A stretch of DNA of 64,000 bases. Source: an uncultured delta proteobacterium (GTDB taxonomy: Bacteria; Desulfobacterota; RBG-13-43-22). The stretch spans positions 1-64,000 of the forward strand of contig CAVUPH010000022.1 of assembly GCA_963743305.1 (NCBI GenBank). Direction: 5' to 3'. Position 1 is the first letter of the stretch. Every line of letters starts with the position of its first letter. A program made the position numbers and the translations under genes. This document shows positions 62,853 through 64,000 of this stretch, piece by piece. Below the pieces are notes generated by a model. It did no database searches, was not told the origin of the DNA, and worked only from the letters and a program-made list of their open reading frames with translations.

Positions 62853-64000
62853 ATGGGGTTGGCGGTGTGTTTGTTTCTTGGAGCGGCGGCGACTGTTCAG
62901 CCGTCCAAGGCTGCAGACGCACCGGTCATGGTTGTAGGTCGCGTATCTTATATCGAAGGAGATCTGCTCCGATATGTTCCTGAGGAGAAGGACTGGGTGG
63001 CTGTGGTCAGGGATACACCCTTTGGATCAGAGGATACACTCTTCTCCGGAAGCCGGGGGATGGCGGAGCTGATCGTTCCCAACGGGACCTGGATCAGGAT
63101 TGGGAACAGCACCCAAATCCAGTTCTTCACCCTTGATACGGACCTGGCCGAAATGGACGTGGCTTCGGGCGTGGCCCGGTTCTACAACAAAAACCCCGAG
63201 ACGGTCATCAAGGTCACGAGCCCCTTCGGGTACGTCCTGGCTTATTCGGGCACGGTCTTTGACTTCTACGTGGGCGACAACTCCGTTGAAGTCGTTGCCG
63301 TAAAGGGAAGGGTAAGTTTCGTCCACTCGGCAACCGGGGCCAAATACGACGTGGCGGCCGGGTCCGGTTCGATCCTCGCTGACCAGCAGCAGGTATCCTC
63401 CGGCGAGGGAACCGTCGATCCTGACTGGAACCGGTGGAACGGGGGTCGTGAAAACTTTTGGGCGGCAAAGGCCAGGGTGAGGGGCCGCTCGGTCGAATAT
63501 CTTCCTCCCAATCTCCGAGACGAGGCGTATGCCTTTGAGGAGAACGGAAGGTGGGAGCGAGTCCCCTATGAGGGCGCGGAGCGCTGGTGCTGGCGGCCAA
63601 GAGTAGTGGTCGGCTGGTCGCCTTTTACCGTGGGCCGCTGGACCGACTGGTACGGGGACCAGACCTGGATTCCGGCAGAACCCTTCGGTTACGTCACCCA
63701 CCATTACGGCCACTGGATTTACCTGAGGAATTACTGGTACTGGGCCCCGCCGGTGGTGATCGGGCGCGGCGGCCCCCCCATTCTCGACACAGACTTCTTT
63801 TGGAGTCCTGGAAGGGTGTCCTGGATTCACAGTGGAGCGTATGTGGGCTGGGTGCCTCTGGCGCCTCGCGAAACGTACTACAGCTACCACCGCTGGGGAG
63901 GTCCCCATGACGTGGTCGTAACCAAGTCCAATTTCGGGCAGTTCAATCTCAATCCCCGGAATTATGCCTACGCCAACCGTGCCATCGTGGTCCCCCGGGC
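62853..64000 (+). CDS. FecR-like plus DUF6600 secreted protein (runs off window edge)
   Basis: VGRVSYIEG..DWV..GMAELI..TWIRIG, then WSPFTVGRW..WIPAEPFGYVTHHYGHW..WYWAP..WSPGRVSW..GWVPLAP. Start uncertain. Confidence 0.75.
   Translation, partial: MGLAVCLFLGAAATVQPSKAADAPVMVVGRVSYIEGDLLRYVPEEKDWVAVVRDTPFGSEDTLFSGSRGMAELIVPNGTWIRIGNSTQIQFFTLDTDLAEMDVASGVARFYNKNPETVIKVTSPFGYVLAYSGTVFDFYVGDNSVEVVAVKGRVSFVHSATGAKYDVAAGSGSILADQQQVSSGEGTVDPDWNRWNGGRENFWAAKARVRGRSVEYLPPNLRDEAYAFEENGRWERVPYEGAERWCWRPRVVVGWSPFTVGRWTDWYGDQTWIPAEPFGYVTHHYGHWIYLRNYWYWAPPVVIGRGGPPILDTDFFWSPGRVSWIHSGAYVGWVPLAPRETYYSYHRWGGPHDVVVTKSNFGQFNLNPRNYAYANRAIVVPR

Overview
GC-rich bacterial window, probably from Desulfobacterota/Deltaproteobacteria (inferred from gene content). 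Many single-base indels break otherwise intact genes, which looks like uncorrected long-read consensus error. Layout from left to right: (1) SYLF protein, MATE, solute-binding protein and a TolC/MFP/RND efflux operon; (2) a minus-strand operon with a type III R-M locus whose Mod gene has lost its methyltransferase core, a MntA/HepT toxin-antitoxin pair, and a gene the ORF track misses that encodes a CopZ/HMA-Fe-S metallochaperone with three in-frame UGA codons at conserved Cys positions (candidate triple selenoprotein); (3) an ACAD/APH-kinase pair, REP/MITE repeats and recQ; (4) a ~19 kb lipid cluster joining the bacterial ceramide pathway (Spt, bCerS-like GNAT, CerR-like reductase, PAP2/IPC-synthase-like) to a ~2,660 aa ER-KS-AT-ACP-KR-DH type I FAS/PKS, PPTase, ACP, FabF, B12 radical SAM and an ABC exporter; (5) a general-stress island (cls, BON, CsbD, VIT1, DUF3096, DUF3309, glycogen enzymes, duplicated microproteins). 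Three copies of a 34-bp palindrome each lie 98-99 bp upstream of a sigma54 -24/-12 promoter, and one copy sits next to a PAS-AAA+ enhancer-binding protein gene. No rRNA, tRNA, CRISPR array or intact transposase was recognised.
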